Shown: piece by piece, positions 13,714 to 26,072 of the stretch
How positions within the stretch are numbered: the stretch's first letter is position 1
Layout: each line of letters starts with the position of its first letter
Source: Botryllus schlosseri
Taxonomy: Eukaryota
Length of the DNA stretch: 64,000 nucleotides
Assembly (NCBI GenBank): GCA_051294905.1
Contig: CM119372.1
Span: forward strand, 1,550,001-1,614,000
Reading direction: 5' to 3'
Notes under the pieces: model-generated
What the model was told of the DNA's origin: nothing
What the model saw: the letters and a program-made list of their open reading frames with translations, nothing else
Database searches by the model: none
Made by a program: the position numbers and the translations under genes

Positions 13714-15176
13714 GATTAGGCTCCCTCTTAAGTTAGTGTAATGAGCGTATCATTTCAGTTCTCGAAAGCAATCACCTCTCATTACTCGAATCGTTGTACA
13801 CAGCCATAATCGTTACCTATGTGTGCGTATATCTCAACACCAAAATCAGGCACACAAAAATAGCGTATATACCATCAGACCTCAAACGCATTGCACTAAC
13901 CATTGTCGAGTAAAGTATCCTCTTCATGCATGCTGCAAAGTTGGAATAATATGTGATCTGCGTCTCCAACCAATCAGTCACTTCATATATCGGGTTTAGA
14001 CAGTAACTGTAACGGATGCTCATAGTCATACATACGATGAAATTAGAAGTGTCAATCATTTAATACCGCCATATGAAGTCATATTTCTAGGCTTCCGCTA
14101 TCATAGTTACAACGTACGCTATAAGAGAGTGGTAAAGGGAGTCTTTATGTCCATCCAACCGAAATACATAACAAACCGACAGCAATAATGGTGGTACAGA
14201 AAATAACCATGCTCAGTATTCGGTATCAGATAGGAATGATCGATACGATAACTAGTCTGATCATCTGATCACACCCGTATCAGTCAGATACGCTTGTCTA
14301 TGCGCAGTCTGGCTGTAACAAAACATGGTTAAAATGAATTTAAAAAATGAAATAATAAAAGGTGGTAGCAAATGTCATTCTTCCCTTCATATCAACTTTG
14401 TCTGTGCATCAATATCTTGTCAGATTCGTCAATTTGGCGCGTAAATGCTTGCTATCCACTAACTTATAATTATAATATTCCTCTCAGCATAAAGGTACTG
14501 TCGATTTTATTCCTCCAACAAATTGCTCGCTATAATTGAAATCTGAAATTGCATTGCAGCTATATGAACGGAAAAAGCATATCAATATTCTTCAGGATGT
14601 TTATGTTGTTCTATGGCAGTTTCCTTGATCATTACGCGTGCGTCGACAATCAGCACATGTGCTATCTCGGTGGTTGCGCTATCGTGGTATGGTGTGCTGC
14701 TATTACGCGTACAATTATATTATCACTTCCTTTTTATTACTTTCATGATATCTCTTCTGTTACTTTTAATTCAATGTGCATCACTCATAGTTATACATGT
14801 TCCAATAAGCCAGTGTTGCTTATACCCTTATGAGGCTCCACGCCAATGGCACAATTTCAACTGTTCAATGTTGACTTTTCCTGCAGTCCATCTTCCACAA
14901 ATCAGTCTTTCATCATACGTCGGATCTCTGCTGAGGCTTTCAAGCTCGCTGTACTTGCTAGGCTATTTAAGTTACCGCAATCGCAGTGAGGTCGGCGATG
15001 AGGAGCCCAGATAAACCACCGACTCATAGAGACTTGGTAGAGTCGAGAATCGAACCAAACACCATTGTTGTCGCGACGGTGTCGCTTATTAGCACACAAA
15101 TGCGAGGCTTCGTCTTGGTAAGTGTCGCCGCATTGTTCGGTCGAAACGCAACTAGCGTGATACCAATTGCTTAATC

Positions 15177-15477
15177 TAGGCTTACCATATTTTGGAAATC
15201 TGAAAAGAGGACACTTTTCGGAATTGTCAGACTTGCTAAACCGGAGGGGAATTCTCAAAAAATGGTAAATTCCTTCCACATTGTGGTCGATTGACTGAAG
15301 AAAAAAGTTAATCCCTCTCGCTTAGCGCCCAAAATACAGTTTTTCCCTTCACATTGTTAGGTGGTTGACTAAAATTTAATAAAAAAAGGTCAATTTCACG
15401 CCCAGCTCCCGAAATACCCGCCGGAGCGTAACTTCGGTGCTGCAAATCCTCTTAAAAGAGGACGTATGGTAACCCTA
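15177..15477. mobile_element. hAT MITE (TAGGGTTACC family)
   Basis: Reverse-oriented relative of 13117-13533, with TSD GCTTAATC/GCTTATTC. Confidence 0.85.
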
Positions 15478-16878
15478 GCTTATTCACAAATGATCATATA
15501 AATATCGTAGATGGAATTGACACTACAGAGGGACGATTGCGATTTCGAACCACGGCCTCAACGGCGTACGCCACTCCACACAGCGAACCACTACGACAAC
15601 TTGCAACCAACGATGTCCAAGACGGTGCGTCACATTACAAATCACAGGTATGAGTTTCTGTATTAACCTCCAGGGAACCGCTGACACTGGTTCGGGGAAC
15701 CACTATTGGTGCTTAGAACATCGGTAAAGAACCGCTGTAGAGGCGTCTATAGTCCGTTTGAGACGGATGGCGGGGATTCTATTTTAATCTTCGGCCATTG
15801 CACTGGCTCATATGCAATATTTTTCTGTTATAAGTTTGTAATGTTTGTCTTTAGTTCTGCTTAATGCTGATTGTAAACTGAGGATGTCCCATGTTTGATC
15901 AATTTTGGATTTTTAATAATTTTGGATGAAGAGTGTATAACAGCGCTGGCTGACTGACTTTGCAGATACGTACAGGTTACTTTTGTCAGGTAATATCTGC
16001 TCTTGAAGTTTCGGAAATATCGAGGAAGACTCAGTTCTCATTCCTCAATGTTTGACTGAAATGTGTCTGTGTAAGATATTGACTGCTTGACGAGCATGCG
16101 TTCAAATGATGAATAGGACATTGCAACAGTATTTTATGCCGTGGATATTTGTGGCGGAGAGTCGACCGGTATGATGACTTCCAGTGCAGGAAGCACGGAT
16201 TGAATATATCACGCATCATCAAATAAAATAGGCCTAATCCAAGTAGAGATGTTTTCTTTAGTACTTCTTGCGTGACACCTAGCTTTGTATCTTCAGGTAA
16301 ATTTAACTTCATTGTCGTACAAGGCAGCGGGCATGTGGTTCCACTGTCACAGGTTAGTCATGATTAGTCCATACTTATACGTGGCAATAGGACCCCTATG
16401 GTGGATTAATCATGGCAGAAGCAAAACATCGATACGAGTATTGTTAGAGCAGGCTATAAAAGTAGCCGCTTCGCCGAAATCTGCAAATTTACAATCTATT
16501 CGTTTCTGCAAGAGTAGGAAGCGATATAAAAGAATTAGGTGATGAATCAATAAACATGCTCGTTAATCTTCTTCAGACCAATTAAATTAGTTAACTTGCA
16601 TTTGGATATGACTGAGAAGAGTCACTTACTTGGTAAGTTACGAAGTCAGTGTGTAGACACACGACATATGGACACATGAAGCCTACAATGCAGCCATGGG
16701 TTATCTGGGTGCAAATGGGTTCGGTGGTGATATTTTCCCAATGCTATCTAGATTTGTCAGCAAACAATTCGACATGAGGTGAATGAGACAAAATATTAAT
16801 TCGCAAAAGTTCCCCACTCCTGTTCAATAATTATTTACTCAATATCTGACTGTCCTCCGTACAGTCAGTCATGTAGAG

Positions 16879-18451
16879 CAGTGGTTCTCAACCGCCGGTC
16901 CGCGACGACTTTTCTTCCGGTCCGCGAGGTGTATTTAGATTTTATACCTTACAATTTGAAGATGCCAGATGTTGAAGGCTTGTCCATTGGAAAAATAAAT
17001 GAAACGTCAAATTTCAAACTGATGCAGAGCTTCGTGAGGTAAATTAGGCCCGGAAACATGTTCGATTTGACTTAAAGTTCAAGCTGTCTCCGGTGACGAC
17101 ATGTGAGCGACTCGCTAACCAAGAGCTGACTCGCTAAACCGCGCGATCCGTACGATCATTCGTTCTCGATTCATTAATTTTGTGGGTGGCCACTGGCCAG
17201 GTATCGCTGTAATCAGGCGTTTTCGTGCAGGGCATTGTACTCGTAACAGGCTACGTCTGGTAGTATAGTGGGAAATCAGCAAGATAGCTCGACAAGGTGC
17301 TTCGTCCTACTCCAAAACGCTTCATCTCTGGATATTGTCAGAGATAAGACTATTATTACAATTTGCCCGGTCTGTTCATGCACGGCAGTCGGCTCAAAAT
17401 TAGCCATGTTTATCTGGGCAAGTCAATTTTACCTCGACTCAGCACTCAGCAGACACTACCGTAAAATCAAATGAATACCAGCATAAACATATTTAATTAC
17501 GAACAAAATCCTCACAATTTCATTCTCTAGTACAGGGGTGGCCAACCTGCGGCCGTAAAAGGAAATTTGCGCTGCCGTGGACACGTTTAAATTTTTACAT
17601 TAGCATGTGTCGGCGGCCGTAAACATGAAAATTGAAATTACGAATTGTCTCCCGAACTTTTGAGATATTTTATTTAATATTTAAATTTTCATCGCGCTAT
17701 ATGCGCGACTCAATGCGACTTCATTTTTTCGATTTTAGTCGTAGCGCCCGTTGCAATCTGAGCCCCGCAGTACAGATGGGAACAGCGGAGGAAAACGATG
17801 CACCCCATATATAAATAACAATCTGGAATCGTGCGCTCCTCACGAAATAGCAACAGGCTCAAAGTAACTATTAACAATTGGTCCACCCAAAGATGCATCC
17901 ATTTGCTCTAAATTTTCGAAAACACTCCCTCCATCAGCTCTACCGATGGATCTGATCACTTTGGTTGAGAAAGAATCAATATTTCACAGTAATATGTGAA
18001 ACTACGAATTTTAATGACGAAATTCATTTGTGAATCAGAAAAAATTTTCGCGCATGGCGAGACCATAACCGATCCCAGTTGTTATTCATAACATTATCAC
18101 TATGCCGGGATTTCGATGACTATAGTAAGACGACATGAAAAAGTAGATTAGTCCGTTGTTCACCAGTAATTGACATGGACTTGGACGTGCACAGTTTAAA
18201 ATGGGTATGGTGTCCAGTTAGTTTATTGCGACTATGTCCTGGATGCAGCCGTAGGCTGTATAAGTAATCGAAATGCGGTCGTGAATAGCAAAAAGGTTGG
18301 CCACCCCTGCTCTATAGTACCATATACTTGCAGAAAATCGACTGGATACATTACATTTGGTGTTGATTTCAATCTTTTAAGGTTTACCGGTCCGCCAAAT
18401 ATCTATTGAAATTTTACCGGTCCGCGAGGTGAAAAAGGTTGAGAACCACTA
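16879..18451. mobile_element. Non-autonomous hAT (Charlie-like) element
   Basis: CAGTGGTTCTCAACC...GGTTGAGAACCACTA with TSD ATGTAGAG on both sides. Confidence 0.9.
17533..18309. mobile_element. hAT MITE nested in 16879-18451
   Basis: Perfect TIR CAGGGGTGGCCAACCT...AGGTTGGCCACCCCTG. The TSD reads CTCTAGTA / CTCTA(TA)GTA. Confidence 0.85.
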
Positions 18452-19542
18452 ATGTAGAGCATATAATCAAGTGTCGTCTGAGCTCAGTGCGAGTGGAATG
18501 ATGCTGGATACGAGGACAGCATACTGCAATCTCGTAATCTCATTGGAGTAGTTGCATATTTGGTTGTTTTATGTTATTTTGTGTGAACTGTAACGGTTAG
18601 CTTAATATTGTGAATATATTATAGTCCTTTACAAATTTGATCAATTAGCTTGTGTTGTTGATGAAATGATTTGGCTTGTGATGCAAAAGACCTTTGTTGT
18701 TATGTACACCTTGATATGATTTTATTGGTAAATAATAATAAACACTTGATATAATGATAAAACGATGTTTATGTTGAATGCAGACAATGCTGGCAGGTTT
18801 TTTTGAACAAGCATCACAAACGACTTGCCTGCCAGAAGTTTCGCGAACGGCTGACGCGTGATGTCGAGTGACCTCGATACCACCTAAATAGATGGGGTGG
18901 AGCGGTACTATTCGTGAAATGTTCTAGCTGCAGTTTCAGAGGCGTATAACTGTATTCAACCGGCCAATTATCCTAGTTATGTCAATTCCATTGCTTGCGA
19001 TTAAAGGTGTCGCTAGAATGGAGCCCATTAATGGTAGTAACATAATATCACGTGTATAAGCTTGGTAATAAAGTATTCAAGTGAAAAACAAGGGCATGGA
19101 TTTTGAGGTAATCCGACCCGCGAGCCATCTGAAGGTTTGAATCCAGATTCCAGCCCGCGGCGCAAGTTGAGTTTGACACCCCTGGTGTAGAACCTACCAA
19201 AGTTCGTTTGTGAACGCTAACCTCTGAATTTCTGAGGCTCACACACAGAACGCGAACGTCAACCCCACGTTCACACCATCACTACTGATAACCCAAGTTT
19301 CGACAGGCATGAATACAAAAGGTAAGGATTTGGGTAGCTCATTTTGTTCATTCTCTCAACAGAGTCGTCTAATCAGAGTTACATCAAGAGACATGTTATT
19401 TGGGCTGCTGTTTGCGTGAGTGTGGTTTCACTTGCAAGGATGTGCTTCGTGAGTACTGAGTAAGCTATCTGTTGCATACACTTACTCTTACACACACTCA
19501 CTCAATCAAAATCACATACGGCTCGTCAGCTATATATGCCTA

Positions 19543-19882
19543 TAGGGTTAATATATTTCGGAAATCTGAAAAGAAAACACTTTTTCAAAATTTTCAGAAT
19601 TTCAATACCGGAGGAAAATCCTGAAAAAATGGTAAATTTTTTGCAATTCGTGGTCGGTTGACTAAAAGAAATCAACTTTCTGGCTCAACTCCCGAATACA
19701 GTTTTTCTTTCACATTATCAGTTGGTTGACTAAAAAAAATGTCAACTTCCGGCTCAGCTCCCGAAATAGCTGCCGGAGCATTGCTGGAGTGCTAATTTAC
19801 TGTATCTCAGTCGAATTCTGCCCTATATTTAACCGAAATTCAGAGGACAAATCCTCTTAAAAGAGGACGTATGGTAACCCTA
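19543..19882. mobile_element. hAT MITE (TAGGGTTACC family) in gene B intron 2
   Basis: Colinear with 15177-15477 and ends GAGGACGTATGGTAACCCTA. Confidence 0.82.
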
Positions 19883-19884
19883 GC

Positions 19885-21212
19885 CAGGCGCGTATCCAGA
19901 GCGCGAAAAAGGGGGGGGGTTGCGTTACGAAATTGGCTATTATGACGTCATCATTATGATCACTCGTCTACACGCCATGGCAAATATTTACGATATTGTA
20001 TAGTTTAATAATAAAAAGAGATTCGCGGTGAGTGGGAGATGTACGAATACGATACAGACATTGCCTGAAAATCGCGTTTCTTGCACGGTATGATTGAAAG
20101 AAATTCGTAATTGCTCACATTTAGTCATGAGCCAGCAAACGCCGTCCGTCTCCAAGCGCCTAGTTCCGGCCAGAGATGCGCGATTTTGTTGGGTTTTGAC
20201 GATATTATGCGCACGGTCGGTAGTATCGCAGCGGACGAACAAGCGCGGAATAAGGCGGTAGCATAAACGAGGGCGATCGCAATCGCCACATAGAGGTGTG
20301 GTGTGAACAGTACGTCGTACACAAATGTGTGCTTTTCGATGGCTTTGCTAGCCGTTCGGCTGAAAGTGTAGTACGCGCGAAGGTAATTAGACCTTAATTG
20401 CAAGTACGCAAGTCAGTCAATTAATACAGAGTACACACAGGGATAATAACTGGATCGGCAGAGAAACTTGTCAGCCGATATAATTACCGTAGGTTAACTT
20501 TACTACTAGGCCTACTCAATTCTCCCGTTCAGCAACAACACAGGCCTGTATTTGGACGCCAGCAAGCCACCTAACAATCGGGAACGTGGATTGCTAGGCT
20601 TGTATTTTGAAATGTGAATGCCAATCGAAAACCATTTCTCGCCAATAATCGCGAAGACAATGTGGATTTGAGAATAGCATTGTCGTACTGGTGCCGTCGT
20701 GTCTGCGTCTCGCTGATCAATTAACACGCCGTGCAATTCTTAATTAGGATTTCAAGGCGAGCAGGTGCAGCGAATTCGCGGGCGATGTTGATTGCCGACA
20801 ACTTCGTCTTTGCAATTACGTATCGCGTCGGCCAATTAGATTAGATTTTCCTAAAATGCGTCTCTCGTTTTAGCAAGGCGAGAGAGAAATCGAGGGAAGA
20901 AAGTTGACAACGTCAGCAACTACCGCTGAAATGTAGCTGAACAAGCGCAGAATTCGTATGGAATTAGCGAAATATAATGACCTATTTTATCCTTTCGACT
21001 ACTAATTCGACGCATGATTCCAAGATTTGGTATGGGTTTTGGTCCCCTTAAATAACATTAACACGTCATATTCGCCTTCTCATACGTAAAAACGAATATG
21101 TTAAACTAGTAAATTAGCAAATATTAGAGGCTATATTTTACATCAATTTTTAGGATTTTGAAAAAGGGGAGGTTCCGACCCCCTAAACCCCCCCCCCCTG
21201 GATACGCCACTG
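19885..21212. mobile_element. Non-autonomous hAT element
   Basis: CAGGCGCGTATCCAG...CTGGATACGCCACTG with TSD ACCCTAGC (19877-19884, 21213-21220). Confidence 0.88.
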
Positions 21213-21899
21213 ACCCTAGCTATAAATATAAATATCATGGATGCCCTAGTCGTAGCATAGTTAAAAAAAATCTCCCATGTTTTGCCTCGTGTATTATTAT
21301 CTAGATAAACTATGTTTAATACAGGGATTATGTGCCGGCCTAATCGGGCCGACACTTCAGTATTTGGCAGCCAACACGAATTCGGGAGTGGATAAAATTT
21401 CCACCGTAATTACTGGAAGGTCGATTGGAGGCATTGTGGGTTCATTGACATTCAGCTTTATTGCTACGAGAATGGAGAGTTCCAGACGGTTTCATAGTCT
21501 AGGTAAGCCGTTGATATAATCGACATTCCGTTTTCGAAGTTCAATTTACTATTTCAGCGGTGGCGACATTGTTGTCTGGCTTGTTGTTCATTAGCACGCC
21601 GTACATGCGCTCGATAATCACGTTGGTACTAATTCAAACGCTTGCCGGGATCACGCATGGATACTTCAATTCTGGTGATTATGATGTAGCAGAAATCTGA
21701 TTCAGTCGAAATAATCTCACCTGCTGGCTCAAGCCTGTCGTAAAATATGAATACTCTTAGATACAAGTATCATGTATTTCCTACTTATTGTATAAATATT
21801 AATTTCAATACTAATATTAAAAACAAGAATATTCTTGATGATACTGCTAACTAATATTGTCGTTTGCCCCATACAACAGGAGGTAATATCGCAATCAAC

Positions 21900-22196
21900 C
21901 GACAAGATAACGTAATGGTTAAGCGTCCGGCTTCTCGGTCAGTAGGCTGTAGGTTCGATCCCCGGCCCGGTCAGACTTGTTGGTAACGACTTCCCCGCTT
22001 GGCGCCCATGCATTACTGGGAGAGCGTGGAGGGGTGGTGTAAGACTTAGAAAGCCGTACAAGGCTATATCTGCACTTTCCTTGTCCAGCGGCATATGCAC
22101 ATCATGCACTCATGGTATGCATGTGCACAGATCGTGTGTATGTCTATCATGAGTAGGTGTACATGCCGCAAAAACATCAAGGGCAAAAATAAACTA
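21900..22196 (+). mobile_element. tRNA-derived SINE-like element
   Basis: An A-box-like TAATGGTTAAG (about 21913) and a B-box GGTTCGATCC (21952-21961) are followed by a non-tRNA body and an A-rich end. Boundaries are approximate. Confidence 0.6.
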
Positions 22197-23243
22197 TACG
22201 TCCTTTCCTATCTTTTCATGGTCTTCGGCTTTTTAATTGGAATTTTGGTACTTGCGTAATGCGTATGCTGTTTATTTGTATGTATAGTAACATGTCTCAA
22301 ATCATGTGTCCAGGTTTTACCACGTCATCAGTAACGGTGAATACCTTCCGCTCTAGGAATACAAGGATGGTATTTAAGCAAGTGCGGAGAAACACGATCC
22401 AGATCGTTCATTCAACTACATCAATTCTCGTTAAGTGTGGGGACATTTCTTGCGCCACTCATTGGTGAGATCATGGAAAGCTAGTCTTGTTTACTTTTGC
22501 CATAAAATGCACATAATGTACACACCAATTCTATTTGTTATGGGTTATATATGTATTATAATTTCTTTTGCAGCCAAACCGTTTTTGGAAATGGAAAGTC
22601 AGAACAATCGAAACTTGAGTACGCTTACACCGGACACTGCGATCGAACATTCGCAGCACTCTGGTACGTTACGCGCGCAAATCCACCCCGAATGAAATAG
22701 AAAGCATAGGAATAATTCGAGGCTCATCCGACACTCCCCTGCAATTAACGTCAGTTGCAGTACTGAACCATAAATCCGGGTTTACCAAGATACAGCATTT
22801 CGGCCCCTCACTGTAAAGAAGAGGTAAGGAGCAGCTCCATTTTACAGTGAAAATTATGAGTCAAAATGAACGTCACAATATAGTCGTGACTGCACATGTT
22901 TCGCATCTATATTCTTAGACTAGTAGCACATCTATGGCCCAGAGTTCATTGACACTATCAATTATCACTCTAAGAGTGAGACTGTTCCACTATTGAATGT
23001 TTACGTTCGATAGTTCCACATTTCATATTTACGCAATAGTATACTTGATATATTTCTTGATACCGAATGAAAGCGATTGTATTTGCAGTCTATTTTGACC
23101 CGGTCAGCTGGTCCTACATCACGATCGGTGCTATCGCTACATTTGTGTCCACAATTTTCTGCATCGTTGCCACGTTCAAAATAGAAAATATGGTCGCGGA
23201 AACAGCGGACATGAAAATCGGTAAGAAAAAAGGCTATGCAACA

Positions 23244-23600
23244 GAGAGTTGAAAAACTAGAAATTTTTCAGCTTTTCCAGATTAGATTGGATTACAATTA
23301 GAATTATGGCTGCATATTTTTTTTAATTGGATTAGAATTAGAATTATTGAATTCGATATAAACTTGAAAATTGGATAAAATTCAAATTAGAAGGAAGTAT
23401 AAAAATCACGTGCATCTCATTACAAATCAGCTTGTACAACAAGCTTGTCTCGTTTCGAATGATACAGCCCGCCCGTCGAATCTTCAGGAAAGGCAGAAAT
23501 TATATAGAATTCAAATGGGAGTCATTTCACAAATTAGATTAGAGTTAATTGCATTTCGCTCTATTTAGACGTACAGAACTTTCTAGTTGTCGCAAGTCTG
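23244..23600. mobile_element. CTAAT-rich MITE, copy 3 (gene B intron 7)
   Basis: GAGAGTTG...GTTGTCGCAAGTCTG is flanked by ATGCAACA / ATGTAACA (8-bp TSD, 1 mismatch), which implies hAT-type mobilisation. Confidence 0.78.
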
Positions 23601-26072
23601 ATGTAACAGAATAATTGGCCTACATAACACATGCAAATTATCTGTTTCTCCAGGTGAGAAATCGGAACAGCCACTGCGGGAAGTTTGGATTTTTATCATG
23701 CTAGTCGTGATGTACATGTTCTGCTGTGTTTCTGGCTTGATTATATACCAGTCATTCATCTACTCTGTCGCCGTGTCTTCCGCTTTGAAAATGAACGTAA
23801 GTTGTTCAAAAAAGCTCGCGCTGCATATTTAGAAGACCTTCTTGTGTAGTTTACGCGAGTTTCATTGTCTTTTATGACGTCACATTTCCCTCCGGCTAGC
23901 CTGTTAAAAGTGCATCAGGGCTAGCAGAATCGGAATCCGGCATTGACGAATGAAGTTTTGGTGTAACGCAAATGATATCACTAACAATCATGCATGTATT
24001 GCTAGGCAGCTATATAATCTGCCTTTAAACTGAGAAATTTAGTGGTTTGGTGAAGCCTACCGCAGGTTGGGAAATCGTTCATTTGAAACCCTCAACCTTT
24101 TTTATAATTGTGGTTCATTCACAGGAAGGCAAAGCGGCAATACTTAATTCTCTCTATTATGCTGGATACGGGGTTGGATGTGGCTCAGCAATACTTGTGT
24201 CTAGATTTGTTAAACCGTCGAAAATCATAATCGTGGATCTCATCGGGTCCTGCTCTGTATCGGTAAGTATGAGCCTGTATTCTCTGGATAAGAACCGACC
24301 TCGACAACCGTTTTTACTAATGTCTTGGATGTTGATTATAGTTATTCCATTTAATATGTTGCATGGCATGTTTATGACTTAAGGTTTAGCGTAATAGTAC
24401 TGAAGCACTAATGTGAAAAAAGGTTGGAAGCGATTAGGATGAATTTTTTATTTATTTATTACATGGCCAAGAAGATAGAAAATGGGGCTAAAATGTCAGA
24501 TGGTGGATGCTGCTGCTAGCAAGTATTGTACAAGGGCTTCTCATATTTAGGCAAGGATAAAACGGGACGTCCATTCCATAATATGTACATTTACCCAGTA
24601 TAGTAACGTAATGAGTCTGATGCAACCCCTCTTCAAGCACGGCTACAATGTTACCTGCGATAACTTTTATTTACGTCTCTGGAATGCTACTGTGTGCACT
24701 TGGCGAAGAAAATAAAGGCCTAGCTGAACCTATTGGCAAAAGTTGCAAGAAGCTTCTCTAGGCCGCGAAGTAAAAACAGCAGCTTCATGTAGCCACACTT
24801 TTCAAGATTATCACCTCGTTCATAAGCGTAACCGCGATGCACCAGTGCAGAAATCGAAGTCTGTACTGACACATATATCGAGCACACTTCAACCGGACGT
24901 AACTGTTTCCTTCAGAAACAAAACAAACAGGAAACCAGAGACGGGTATATTTCATTACAAAACCAAAGCAGGAAGATATTGTTGATTGTAAGATAGTATT
25001 CCATAAGGGTATACCAACAAGTCGATGATGGTGCGTGCATTTTTTTTTAATGTGATGGATCTTGCATTGGCCAAAATGCCGATGCTGTAAAATATACAGA
25101 TCGAGAATTACTCGCAAGATCGCAATACGAAACTCTCAGCTGATGAGCTTTGCGATATGTCAGCAAGATCTAATAATGGTGATGGGGCTAACGCGGATCT
25201 CGAACCTACCCCAAAATCTCAAAGAACATGCTCAAATACCAATTGCGCACCAGAACGACCCTGATCTGTCGCACCAATAGCGATCTGCGATAAGTGTTGC
25301 AAAAAAGTGTGTTTAGAATATTGCACGTAACAGTGTCAGCAATAAACAACGATTTCTGTAGAGCGTCGATCTTTGTGTTGATTTTTAGCCTCCTTGAATG
25401 CAATGAATCGGACAAAATACAACATGCGTCGAAAAGTCACTTGGTAATTCTAGTGTTAATAAGTATTTTCGTTTAGATAATCATGAACGTGTGGGGAGAA
25501 CATTCCGAACCAGTCATGTGGTTTGTAACCTTCGCGATAGGCTTCTTTGGTGCAACATTGCTTCCTAGCGGTGAGGCTCTACACTAATTCTTAAATTCAT
25601 TCATGTACTACTTTTCATTTGCATGCTTCGGTGGTAATTACTTGAATATGGCACAAAAACCTTTTCTATTCAATCAGTTCATGCTACTCAATCTCGTTAG
25701 TACTGATGATTTGGAGTGCTTTCATCTAACGATCGCATGACGCTACGACATGTGCACTGGCATAAATTGAAATTTAATCAAGCACAACGAAAACGAGTGT
25801 AGCTGATTGCGAGGTGAAGGTCGCCGATCTGTGATTTAAAACTACTTTTGTTGCGACAATAAAAATGCTATATCTCTCTAAACTCAATACCGTGTATTGC
25901 TGAAAGTAGCTGTACGACGGATTTGCAGGAATATCATGGTGCAACGAAGTGACAAACATGTCCGGGAAATATATTTTCGTTTATGTTGTTGTTGTTGTTA
26001 GTATTTTAAATATGGTGTTCGGCTACTATGGCCTTTTACACCAGGTCTCAAGAGTCTGATAATCCATTAGGG

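Noticed and set aside
15530..15602. tRNA-like sequence on the - strand
   Set aside because: Only weak A/B-box similarity; too degenerate to call.
21900..21970. Functional tRNA gene
   Set aside because: A and B boxes are present, but there is no convincing cloverleaf or terminator and the sequence continues into a SINE-like body.
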